A stretch of 64,000 bases of DNA from Desulfomonilia bacterium (GTDB lineage Bacteria; Desulfobacterota; Desulfomonilia; UBA1062), in NCBI GenBank assembly GCA_050014195.1, contig JBEKDT010000015.1, positions 1-64,000 on the forward strand, written 5' to 3'. Positions within the stretch are counted from its first letter, which is position 1, and the number at the start of each line of letters is the position of its first letter. Below, one piece after another: positions 55,259 through 64,000 of this stretch. Below the pieces are notes generated by a model that made no database searches, had not been told where the DNA came from, and saw only the letters and a program-made list of their open reading frames with translations. The translations under genes were made by a program, and so were the position numbers.

Positions 55259-57475
55259 ATGGCGAAGCGGCAGAGCGGAAGTACGATACCCGTACACGTT
55301 ACCGGACTGGTCTTGAGCTTTGCCGCCGTTTTCCTCCTGCTCGCCCTTATCTCGTATTCCCCTCTGGACCCGGGGTTCACCCTGTCAAAACATACCGAGA
55401 CCTTCCACAACTGGATGGGTTTTGTCGGCTCCTACATAGCGGACGGGCTCTACATCATCCTCGGAATATGGGCCTTCGCCCTACCCGTCTTCCTGGTGGA
55501 CTACGCCTGGCGGTACTGTGTCAGGAAGCATCCGGTGAACTGGATGCACATAGCGAGCACGGTCATGATCATGTTCGCGGTCTTGGGCCTTCTGCACATC
55601 TTTTTAGGCGAGATAAGGCTGTTTTCAACCGCCATCAAATCAGGCGGCGCCATCGGAAAGATCATCGGGGACTCGCTTGTCGGCTACCTCAACCGCTGGG
55701 GCTCGCTGGTGCTCCTGCTCATGCTGCTGGCGGGCGGGATCATGATGGGTTATGACCTTTCTTCTCCCGTGCGCGTGTTCCGGGACTTTACCGCACTCAT
55801 CAGAGAACGGCGGTTCATCAGGGACAAGCGGGGCATGGCCGAGCGTAGTGGCGAATCAAAGCCGTCAAAGAAGAGTTCACCCAAGTCCAAGATTGATAAG
55901 GAACCGAGCGGCAAAGAACCGCGGATCACCATGATGGAACATGGAGGCGTCGATTCATCCGAGGTCCCCAAGCAGGCCACGCTGGACTTTATCAATAACT
56001 ACCAGTTCCCGCCCATATCCCTGCTCAGCAATCCGCCTTGGAAGAGCCGGACGATCACCGAAAAAGAGCTCAAGGCGAATGCCTCGCTGATCCTGTCCAA
56101 GCTCAAGGACTTCGGCGTGGAGGGAGAGATACTCGAGATCAAGCCCGGCCCGGTTATCACCATGTACGAGTTTACACCGGCGCCGGGCATCAAGATCAAC
56201 AAGATCGTGTCTCTGGCCGATGACCTTGCCATGGCGCTCAAGGCCTCTCCGGTACGGGTTGTGGCCCCCATACCCGGCAAGAATGCAGTCGGCATCGAGA
56301 TCCCCAACCGCTCCCGTGAGATCGTGATCTTGCGGAGGATCCTTTCCAGCAAAGAGTTCACAACCGCCACCGCCCCCCTGACCCTGGCCCTGGGCACGGA
56401 TATCGAGGGCGCACCCGTGGTGACCAACCTGGCCAAGATGCCCCACCTCCTCATTGCAGGTGCAACAGGCACCGGCAAGAGTGTGGGTCTGAACACCATG
56501 ATCCTTTCGCTCCTGTATAAGAACAACCCTTCCGAGCTGAAGTTCATCATGATCGACCCAAAACGCATCGAGCTTTCGCACTACGAAGGCATACCGCACC
56601 TGCTGCACCCCGTAGTCATCGACCCGCGTGAGGCCCTGCCGGTCCTCAAATGGGCGGTCAGCGAGATGGAACAGCGCTATGCCCTGTTCAAAGACCATGG
56701 AGTCAAGGGCATCGATTCGTACAACAAAAAGATCAAGAAAGAGGTTTCGGAGCCGAGGACGACCCTGGCCACCCTCGATACGGAAGACTCCGATCCGGGG
56801 CTGCTGCCCAAGATCGTGGTCGTCATCGACGAGATGGCCGACCTCATGATGGTCAACCGCGAGGTGGAGGTCTTCATCGCGCGCCTGGCCCAGATGGCCC
56901 GGGCTGCGGGCATATACATGATCGTGGCCACCCAGCGGCCGTCGGTGGATGTGATTACCGGACTGATCAAGTCCAACTTCCCCTCACGCATCTCCTTCAG
57001 GGTCTCATCAAAGATCGACTCGCGCACCATCCTCGACTCGTCCGGTGCCGATCAGCTTTTAGGCCTTGGCGATATGCTCTTCCTCTCGCCGGGCACCTCA
57101 TACCTGAAGCGCGTGCACGGGGCCTATGTCTCCGAAGAGGAGCTGGACAAGGTGATCGAGTTCATCCGAGAGCAGAAAGGTCCGGACTACATCAGGGAGA
57201 TTGATACGCAGTTAGCAGCGATAGCCAGGGAAGATGACGATTCGAATGGACCGGACGCGGAATATGACCCGGTCTATGACGAGGCATTGGAATTCGTAAC
57301 CAACAAGGGCAGCGCATCCATATCGCTGATCCAGCGGCGGTTCAGGGTTGGGTACAACCGCGCGGCACGGATCATCGAGCAGATGGAAACTGAGGGCATC
57401 TTAGGCCCTGCGGACGCTGCAGGCAAACCACGAAAGGTATTGGTCAGATCATATGCGAATGAATTGGAAGAGTAG
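55259..57475 (+). CDS. ftsK: DNA translocase FtsK
   Basis: N-terminal TMs, GATGTGKS, IDPKRIEL, ATQRPSVDVITG, gamma domain QRRFRVGYNRAAR. Confidence 0.97.
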   Translation: MAKRQSGSTIPVHVTGLVLSFAAVFLLLALISYSPLDPGFTLSKHTETFHNWMGFVGSYIADGLYIILGIWAFALPVFLVDYAWRYCVRKHPVNWMHIASTVMIMFAVLGLLHIFLGEIRLFSTAIKSGGAIGKIIGDSLVGYLNRWGSLVLLLMLLAGGIMMGYDLSSPVRVFRDFTALIRERRFIRDKRGMAERSGESKPSKKSSPKSKIDKEPSGKEPRITMMEHGGVDSSEVPKQATLDFINNYQFPPISLLSNPPWKSRTITEKELKANASLILSKLKDFGVEGEILEIKPGPVITMYEFTPAPGIKINKIVSLADDLAMALKASPVRVVAPIPGKNAVGIEIPNRSREIVILRRILSSKEFTTATAPLTLALGTDIEGAPVVTNLAKMPHLLIAGATGTGKSVGLNTMILSLLYKNNPSELKFIMIDPKRIELSHYEGIPHLLHPVVIDPREALPVLKWAVSEMEQRYALFKDHGVKGIDSYNKKIKKEVSEPRTTLATLDTEDSDPGLLPKIVVVIDEMADLMMVNREVEVFIARLAQMARAAGIYMIVATQRPSVDVITGLIKSNFPSRISFRVSSKIDSRTILDSSGADQLLGLGDMLFLSPGTSYLKRVHGAYVSEEELDKVIEFIREQKGPDYIREIDTQLAAIAREDDDSNGPDAEYDPVYDEALEFVTNKGSASISLIQRRFRVGYNRAARIIEQMETEGILGPADAAGKPRKVLVRSYANELEE

Positions 57476-58079
57476 TCTTTTACCTGTTGTATTAATCCTG
57501 ACTTTATCCGGTATCTCCAATGCGGTCGAGCTCACCAGGGTGCAGCAGCGCTTCAGCAAGGTCCAGGACTTCACGGCCGTATTCAGGCAGGAGACCTTCC
57601 AGGTGATCGCCAACAAGACGGTCCATTTCGACGGAAAGGTTTCCTACAAGCGCGACGCCGGTGTCAGGATGGATGTGACGAGCCCTCAAAAACAGATCCT
57701 TATCCTGAAAGGCCAGACCGTGCTGGTGATCCTCCCTGAGGAAGGGACCTCGCAGGTCCAGGAGATCCCGAATGAGATCGCGGCCCAGAATATCCTGGGG
57801 TTCTTCACCGGGCTTAGCTCCATCGAGGAGCACTATACCGTTCAATCCGCGGACGACCACCTTGTGCTCATGCCGAAGACCGGGACCGGGTCCATCTCGG
57901 TCTGGGTGAACACGGACAACCTCATTTCCCGTATCCTGCTGAAAGACGCCATGGGCAACACGAGCGACATCACGTTGAGCTCCTACCGCTTCAACAGGGG
58001 CATCAGCGACGAGCTGTTCCAGCAGAAAAACGGCGGTACCACGGGAACCCCGAAGGAAAAGACCCCCGGAAACGGCTAA
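57453..58079 (+). CDS. lolA: Outer membrane lipoprotein carrier LolA
   Basis: Signal peptide, F.A.F.Q pattern, conserved position after ftsK. Confidence 0.8.
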   Translation: MRMNWKSSLLPVVLILTLSGISNAVELTRVQQRFSKVQDFTAVFRQETFQVIANKTVHFDGKVSYKRDAGVRMDVTSPQKQILILKGQTVLVILPEEGTSQVQEIPNEIAAQNILGFFTGLSSIEEHYTVQSADDHLVLMPKTGTGSISVWVNTDNLISRILLKDAMGNTSDITLSSYRFNRGISDELFQQKNGGTTGTPKEKTPGNG

Positions 58080-58274
58080 CCAAAAGGTTGCAGAGCAGGA
58101 AAGGCAATAGCCCAACTCCTTCATGCCCATCGTCTCATAGAGCTCGACGTAGCCGCAGCGGATGGCCTCATGTGCCGCTTCCATGGCCCTGTCCCGGCCG
58201 AAGGCTCGTGTGAACCCCCTGATCAGGCACGCTGCGGATCTTCCGTGAGGTCGCAAACCTGGTATGCATCCCAT
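58077..58274 (-). pseudogene. Internally deleted remnant of an ATC-hydrolase-family gene
   Basis: AACLIRGFTRAFGRDRAME joined directly to RCGYVELYETMGMKELGYCLSC, the N- and C-terminal blocks of that family with the middle missing. Confidence 0.5.
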
Positions 58275-58347
58275 ATATTATTTTTATTCCAAAAAAGGGG
58301 TACCATCCTTGAAAATAAAGATTATTATATTATAAAGAGATAGCAAT

Positions 58348-58779
58348 ATGAATATCGTCGAACATGCCATAGCCCTTGCTGCCAGGGCGCATGCAGGGCA
58401 GCTTGACAAGGCAGGCGTGCCTTACATCTTTCACCCCATCAGGGTCATGCTGAGAATGACCACCGACAACGAACGCATTGCAGCCGTACTGCACGACGTG
58501 GTGGAGGACTGCGGGTGGACGCTGGAACAGCTCGCATCGGAAGGGTTCAGCAGCATTGTCATCGATGCGGTCGATGCCTTGACGAAACGGCCGGGCGAGG
58601 ACTACGAAGCCTTTGTATTACGGGCAGCCGCAAACGCCATTGCCCGGAAGGTGAAGCTTGCGGACCTGGCGGACAACAGCGACCCTCAACGGAGTGTAGA
58701 CCACACGGAACGCGGCCGTGCCCGTCTGGAGAAATACCGCAGGGCTGCCGAAGTGCTGAGCGAGATCGACCAGCCGTAG
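58348..58779 (+). CDS. Small HD-domain protein (RelA/SpoT hydrolase-like)
   Basis: AH.GQ.DK.G.PYI.HP, AVLHDVVED, VKLADLADN. Confidence 0.88.
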   Translation: MNIVEHAIALAARAHAGQLDKAGVPYIFHPIRVMLRMTTDNERIAAVLHDVVEDCGWTLEQLASEGFSSIVIDAVDALTKRPGEDYEAFVLRAAANAIARKVKLADLADNSDPQRSVDHTERGRARLEKYRRAAEVLSEIDQP

Positions 58780-58971
58780 CCCGCAGGGCCGGTGGAGATC
58801 GGGGGCATCATCACGGCCTCGCGCAAGGCATTTGTGAGTTCGCCTACTGCAACACTCCAGGCAGCTATCAAGACCTGCCTGAACAGCAAGATCGCCTTGT
58901 GCATGTTACACTTCAGGGATAAAGAATCAGCGACCTCGGAAACCCTCAAATCAGAGAACTGCGCCGCATTC

Positions 58972-59580
58972 GAGATACTCACCGACGATATAAACCACGG
59001 GGTGCCCATAATGGTATGAATTTGTGAAAGGCCTGGTTTGATCCGTAGGGTGGATGGAGCTTCAGCGTAACCCTTCAAGCCTCTGTAGGAGCGGCTTCAG
59101 CCGCGACCCTCTCCTCTATGCTTCGCTCAAGGCCATGCTCCCTGAATACGAGAGAAGTAGTTAACCCTGCTTGCCGTTTTTATGATACAATAAAAAAACA
59201 AAAAAATGACAATGGATTGGAATGGAGGTGGGGGTGCCCTTGGACTCAAAATTGTAACGTCCCCTTTGCCTCCGGAGATACTGACCAATGATAGGGGCCA
59301 CGGCGGGGTGACCATAGCGGTATGAATTTGCGAAAAGACCCGGTCTGATCCGTAGGATGAGTGAAGCCTCAGCGCAACCCTTCAAACCTCTGTAGGAGCG
59401 GCTTCAGCCGCGACCCTCCTCTATGCCGCGCTCATGGCCATGCCCCCTGTATGCGAGAGAAGTAGTTAACCCTGCTTACCGTTTTTATGATACAATAGAA
59501 AAAGCAAAAAATGACAATGGATTGTAATGAAAAAGAGATGGGGGAGCCCTCAGCTTCATAAAATGGAAACGTCTCTTTTT
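58972..59580. repeat. Imperfect ~303 bp tandem duplication, each unit carrying two REP types
   Basis: Units begin gagatactcaccgacgata (58972) and gagatactgaccaatgata (59275); both contain cgtagg..., tgtaggagcggcttcagccgcgac and agaagtagttaaccctgctt.ccgtttttatgatacaata. Confidence 0.88.
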
Positions 59581-59611
59581 TCATTCCAAATTCATGCTAA
59601 AGGAATAACGT

Positions 59612-62287
59612 TTGACCACTGAGAAGATCACCCTTTCCCAGCTCGAATCCTTTCTCTTCAAGTCCGCCGATATCCTGCGGGGCAAGATGGATGCCTCGGA
59701 GTTTAAGGAATTCATCTTCGGCATGCTGTTCCTCAAGCGCCTCTCCGATGAGTTCGACCGCAAGCGCGAAGATTTGCGCAAAAAGGACTTCGCGCATCTT
59801 AAGGATCAACCTGACCTCATCAAGGAACTGCTGGAGGACAAAACCTCCTACGGCGAAACCTTTTTCGTTCCCGTGCGCGCCCGCTGGCACGAAGCCTGGA
59901 CCGACGAGAACAATGAGCTGGTTCCGGCCCTTAAGGACCTGAAGTATGACATCGGCAACATGCTCAACAAGGCCATTGCCGCGGTTGAAGAGGAAAACGA
60001 CGCTTTGGCCGGTGTGCTGAAGAACAACATCGACTTCAATGCAGTCAAAGGCAAGACCAAGATCCCGGACCAGAAGTGGAAGGAACTGCTGGACCACTTT
60101 AACCAACCTGGGTTCGTGCTGGTCAATGACAACTTCGAGTTCCCTGACCTGCTGGGAGCGGCCTACGAATATCTGATCAAGTTCTTTGCCGACAGTGCAG
60201 GCAAGAAAGGCGGCGAGTTCTATACACCCGCCGAGGTGGTGCGTCTGCTGGTGCAGCTTACTAAGCCCGAGGCCGGCAACACGATCTACGACCCCACTGC
60301 CGGCTCAGGCGGCTTCCTGATCCAGGCGCACCAATACGTGGAGGAACAGGGACAGGACCCGAATGACCTCGCCCTTTACGGCCAGGACTCCAACGGCACG
60401 GTCTGGTCCATCTGCAACATGAACATGATCCTCCACAACATTACCCGCTTCACCATTGAGAACGGCGACACCCTGGAGGACCCGCAGATCCTGGAAAACG
60501 GCCAGGTGCGCAGATTCGACCGAGTGCTGGCCAACCCGCCCTTTTCTCAGAACTACAGCCGGGCCAATCTGAAATTCCCGGAACGCTTCCGCGAGTGGTG
60601 CCCCGAGACCGGCAAGAAGGCCGACCTCATGTTCGTTCAGCACATGCTGGCCAGCCTCAAGCAGCGCGGCCACATGGCCACCATCATGCCCCACGGGGTA
60701 TTGTCTCGGCGTGGCAAAGAAAAGCTCATCCGCGAGATCTTCATTAATGACGACGTGATCGAGGCCATCATCAGCCTGCCACCCGGCCTCTTCTATGGCA
60801 CCGGGATATCTGCCTGCGTCATCGCGGCGAACAAGAACAAGCCCGATGAGCTGAAAGAGAAGGTGCTGTTCATCAATGCCGACCACGAGTACGCCGAAGG
60901 CAAGGCCCAAAACAAGCTGCGGCCCGAGGACATCGAGAAGATCGACTTCGTGTTCACCCACAAGCTGGAAATCCCCAAGTACAGCCGCCTGGTGGACAAG
61001 GCCGAGATTGTGGATCTTCACGACTACAATCTCAACATAAGGCGTTATGTGGATAACACCCCTGACCCGGAACCGGAAGATGTGCAGGCCCACCTGATCG
61101 GCGGCATCCCCGAGGCAGCGGTCGCCTCCCGCGCTGCCGATTTTGCCCGCTTCGGCATACAGCAGGCAACGCTCTTTCAGCCCGAACGCCCAGGTTACCT
61201 CGCCTTCCTGTTACATATTGAAACCAGGCCCGCCATCAAGACCGTGCTCGAAGCTGACCCCGCACTCCTACAGACGCTCGCCGGCCACCACGATGCCCTG
61301 GAGGCCTGGTGGGCTGTGGCCCAGGTCGATTTTGCCGGGCTGCGCGATGGCAGAAAGATGCCGGAGGTCCGCCATGAGCTGTTGAAAACGCTCAAGTGCA
61401 AACTTATTCCTTTGCACGTGCTCGATGAATTCAAGGCCGCCGGGGTATTTGTGAACTGGTGGCAGCAGATCCGCTATGACCTGAAGACCATCATCTCTAT
61501 GGGCTGGCACCACGGCCTGATCCCTGATGAATACCTCATTGCCGAATTCTTCCAGTCGGAGGCAGATGGAATAGAAACATTGGAGGCAAGGATCAGCGAG
61601 GCCCAGGGCGAGCTGACCGAGGCGGTGGAGACCGCACAGGAAGTGGCCTCTTATGAGCCGGAAGAAGACGAGAACGTCACTGCAACTGTCATAAAAAAGG
61701 CTCTCAAGGACCTCATCGACGACCTCAAGACCGTCACGGGAGACTCTGCCCGCAATGAGCTTGAAAACCTGCAGGCTCAGGAAAAGGCCCTCAGTGCCAT
61801 TGAGAAACGAATTAAGGAAAGCAAGGCGGCACTGAAAGCCAAGACTAATGAGCTTGAGCTCAAGCTCCAGCTCAAGCGCCTGGGCGGTGACGAGTTCAAG
61901 GCCGAGAACCTGGAGCTGATCCGGCAGGTGGACAATCAACTGGCAAACCTCGATGGCGCCAACAAGGACGACAAAAAAAAGATCACTGCCTTGCACAAGG
62001 ACAGGACCGTATTGCATGCCCGCCTAGCCAAAACCGACGGCATCCTCAACGCCATAGGCGGCCGTCTCACCGAAGAACAAACCCGAATTCTCATCCTGAA
62101 AAAGCTCTATGACATCGCGAGCAGCGAGCTGAATCGCTATCTGAATTCTGAAAAGCGTGGACTCATTGCCGGGGTAGAGAACCTTTGGGACAAGTATGCC
62201 GTGTCAAGTCGTGAGCTGGAAAAGCAACGAGCTGAAACCTTTAAGGCGTTGGAGGGGTTTCTGGGCGGATTGAGGTATATTAGATGA
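59612..62287 (+). CDS. hsdM: Type I restriction-modification methyltransferase (long form)
   Basis: [33 protein letters not shown]; TTG start after AAGGA. Confidence 0.95.
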   Translation: MTTEKITLSQLESFLFKSADILRGKMDASEFKEFIFGMLFLKRLSDEFDRKREDLRKKDFAHLKDQPDLIKELLEDKTSYGETFFVPVRARWHEAWTDENNELVPALKDLKYDIGNMLNKAIAAVEEENDALAGVLKNNIDFNAVKGKTKIPDQKWKELLDHFNQPGFVLVNDNFEFPDLLGAAYEYLIKFFADSAGKKGGEFYTPAEVVRLLVQLTKPEAGNTIYDPTAGSGGFLIQAHQYVEEQGQDPNDLALYGQDSNGTVWSICNMNMILHNITRFTIENGDTLEDPQILENGQVRRFDRVLANPPFSQNYSRANLKFPERFREWCPETGKKADLMFVQHMLASLKQRGHMATIMPHGVLSRRGKEKLIREIFINDDVIEAIISLPPGLFYGTGISACVIAANKNKPDELKEKVLFINADHEYAEGKAQNKLRPEDIEKIDFVFTHKLEIPKYSRLVDKAEIVDLHDYNLNIRRYVDNTPDPEPEDVQAHLIGGIPEAAVASRAADFARFGIQQATLFQPERPGYLAFLLHIETRPAIKTVLEADPALLQTLAGHHDALEAWWAVAQVDFAGLRDGRKMPEVRHELLKTLKCKLIPLHVLDEFKAAGVFVNWWQQIRYDLKTIISMGWHHGLIPDEYLIAEFFQSEADGIETLEARISEAQGELTEAVETAQEVASYEPEEDENVTATVIKKALKDLIDDLKTVTGDSARNELENLQAQEKALSAIEKRIKESKAALKAKTNELELKLQLKRLGGDEFKAENLELIRQVDNQLANLDGANKDDKKKITALHKDRTVLHARLAKTDGILNAIGGRLTEEQTRILILKKLYDIASSELNRYLNSEKRGLIAGVENLWDKYAVSSRELEKQRAETFKALEGFLGGLRYIR

Positions 62288-63549
62288 GGGCTGTGGAAAG
62301 TTGGGATCAAGTTTCTATCGGTGGATTAGTTAATCTTATTAATGGATTTGCTTTCCCTTCGAAAGGATTCACTGAGGGAGAAGGAATACCACTCATCCGA
62401 ATTCGTGACCTCGAACGTCAAAAGACAGAAGTCAATTTCCGAGGCAAATATAACGACCGCTACCTCGTAAAGAGAGATGATCTCTTGATTGGTATGGATG
62501 GTGATTTCCTGACCGTTAAATGGAAAGGAAACGATGCCCTATTAAATCAACGACTCTGCAAGCTGATAACCAAGAATCCAGAAAGTCTTGTTCAAGATTT
62601 TCTTTTCTACAGGATCATTGAGGAGATCCTTCGCATTCACCGCATCACAGCCGCTACGACTGTTAAGCATCTATCTTCGAAAGATGTTCTTGGGATAGAG
62701 ATAGATCTACCTCCCAAGCATGAACAAACTAAAATCGCCGAGATACTCTCGACCGTGGACCGTGCGATTGAACAGACCGAGGTGTTGATTGCCAAGCAGC
62801 AGCGCATCAAGACCGGCCTGATGCATGACCTCCTCACTCGCGGCATCGACAAACACGGCAACCTCCGCTCCGAACAAACTCACCGATTCAAAGACTCCCC
62901 GCTGGGCAGGATTCCGGTCGAATGGGAGGTAGAAAAATGGAGTCATGTTTGTAGTAAAATTCAAGATGGTACGCACTTCTCACCACGAACCGACTCGTCC
63001 GCAGAGTTTAAGTATGTAACATCGAAGAATATCAAATTCGGATTTTTGGATCTGTCTGATGTTGAATATATAGATAAAAGACAGCACGATGAAATATACA
63101 AGAGATGCGATGTATGTCATGGAGACGTACTACTCACGAAAGATGGTGCAAACACAGGTAATTCTGCCATTAATTTTCTGAAAGAAGAGTTTAGCCTCTT
63201 GTCTAGCGTTGCCCTCATCCGACCATTGGAGAACAAACTAACATCAATGTTTTTGCTCCAAACAATTTTGAGCGAAAACGGACAACAGCTTATTAAAGAT
63301 GCAATGTCCGGCCTTGCGATTACCCGGGTTACATTGGAAATTATCAACAACTTTTTAATAAAGATCCCTCCTATCAAGGAGCAAAAAAGCATAGGACAAT
63401 TCCTTGCATTGCAGGATGAGCGAATCAAATTAGATGCAAAAAAACTCGCCAAACTCCGCTCCCTTAAAATAGCTCTCATGCAAGACCTGCTCACCGGCAA
63501 AAAGCGCGTCACTGCCCTGCTCAACGATATGGAGGTTGCATCTCTATGA
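62284..63549 (+). CDS. hsdS: Type I restriction-modification specificity subunit
   Basis: Two AT-rich TRDs separated by conserved P...EQ..I...K.GLM.DLLT repeats; LGRIP.EWE. Confidence 0.95.
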   Translation: MRAVESWDQVSIGGLVNLINGFAFPSKGFTEGEGIPLIRIRDLERQKTEVNFRGKYNDRYLVKRDDLLIGMDGDFLTVKWKGNDALLNQRLCKLITKNPESLVQDFLFYRIIEEILRIHRITAATTVKHLSSKDVLGIEIDLPPKHEQTKIAEILSTVDRAIEQTEVLIAKQQRIKTGLMHDLLTRGIDKHGNLRSEQTHRFKDSPLGRIPVEWEVEKWSHVCSKIQDGTHFSPRTDSSAEFKYVTSKNIKFGFLDLSDVEYIDKRQHDEIYKRCDVCHGDVLLTKDGANTGNSAINFLKEEFSLLSSVALIRPLENKLTSMFLLQTILSENGQQLIKDAMSGLAITRVTLEIINNFLIKIPPIKEQKSIGQFLALQDERIKLDAKKLAKLRSLKIALMQDLLTGKKRVTALLNDMEVASL

Positions 63550-64000
63550 GCAAACGTTACACCCCTCCTTACCGTATCACCCCAACAATCCTATACCTCA
63601 TCGAGCAGATCGGCGAGGCCTTGGGCAAACTCCGGATTCATCCCGACAGCGCCACCGTCCCCCTCCTACGGCGCGGCAACCGCATCAAGACCATCCAGGC
63701 CTCCCTTGAGATTGAAGGCAACACGCTCAACCTGGAACAGGTCACTGCAATACTCGATGGCAAACGGGTGTTGGGGCTGCCCCGTGAAATCCAGGAGGTG
63801 CGTAACGCCTTTGCCGCCTACGAAGAACTCCCGAACTGGTCTGCCCATTCCCGCAAAGACCTCCTTGCAGCCCACGGCCTGCTCATGGCCGGGCTGGTCG
63901 ATGAAATCGGGCGGTTCCGGTCAGGAGGGGTCGGCATCCACCGTGGTAAAAAAGTCGTGCATGTTGCGCCGCCTGCCGACCGGGTACCCGCGCTGATAAG
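63546..64000 (+). CDS. Fic family protein, N-terminal part (runs off the window end)
   Basis: ATGA overlap with hsdS; YTPPYRIT...LRRGNRIKTIQASLEIEGNTL...EIQEVRNA...HVAPPADRVP. Confidence 0.85.
   Translation, partial: MSKRYTPPYRITPTILYLIEQIGEALGKLRIHPDSATVPLLRRGNRIKTIQASLEIEGNTLNLEQVTAILDGKRVLGLPREIQEVRNAFAAYEELPNWSAHSRKDLLAAHGLLMAGLVDEIGRFRSGGVGIHRGKKVVHVAPPADRVPALI

Noticed and set aside
58792-59019. 75-aa ORF after the HD protein
   Set aside because: No recognisable family or clear RBS; may be a gene remnant whose tail entered the duplication.

Overview
Mostly housekeeping DNA from a deltaproteobacterium (Desulfobacterota-like, inferred from gene content): hrcA-grpE-dnaK with a CIRCE operator, argS-SPOR, wecB, corC-lnt-prfB (programmed frameshift), tRNA-Arg(CCG), rlmN...pilF, mnmG, xseAB, ispA-dxs-tlyA-ispH, accC and plsC-rnj-ftsK-lolA, ending in a type I restriction-modification locus (hsdM-hsdS-fic). 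Two accessory modules stand out, each bracketed by an inverted pair of a non-coding repeat element. (1) 12.4-16.0 kb is an integron array without an integrase: an attI-like site plus three attC cassettes (HEPN-motif protein, DUF4365-like nuclease, AT-rich membrane protein), lying between two inverted ~185-200 bp hairpin elements that show compensatory base changes. (2) 45.3-51.9 kb is a GlrK/QseG/GlrR-like sigma54 signalling system next to two divergent, paralogous operons of small membrane proteins (novel 2-TM protein + AtpZ/AtpI-like protein, no ATP synthase genes). These have near-identical sigma54 promoters, IHF sites and three enhancer-like sites spaced 41 bp apart, and the module is bounded by inverted nonamer-array elements, one next to a truncated plsC. 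Several gene remnants, REP-type elements, heptamer arrays and a ~300 bp tandem duplication upstream of hsdM are also present. All family calls are by motif recognition only; no searches were run.
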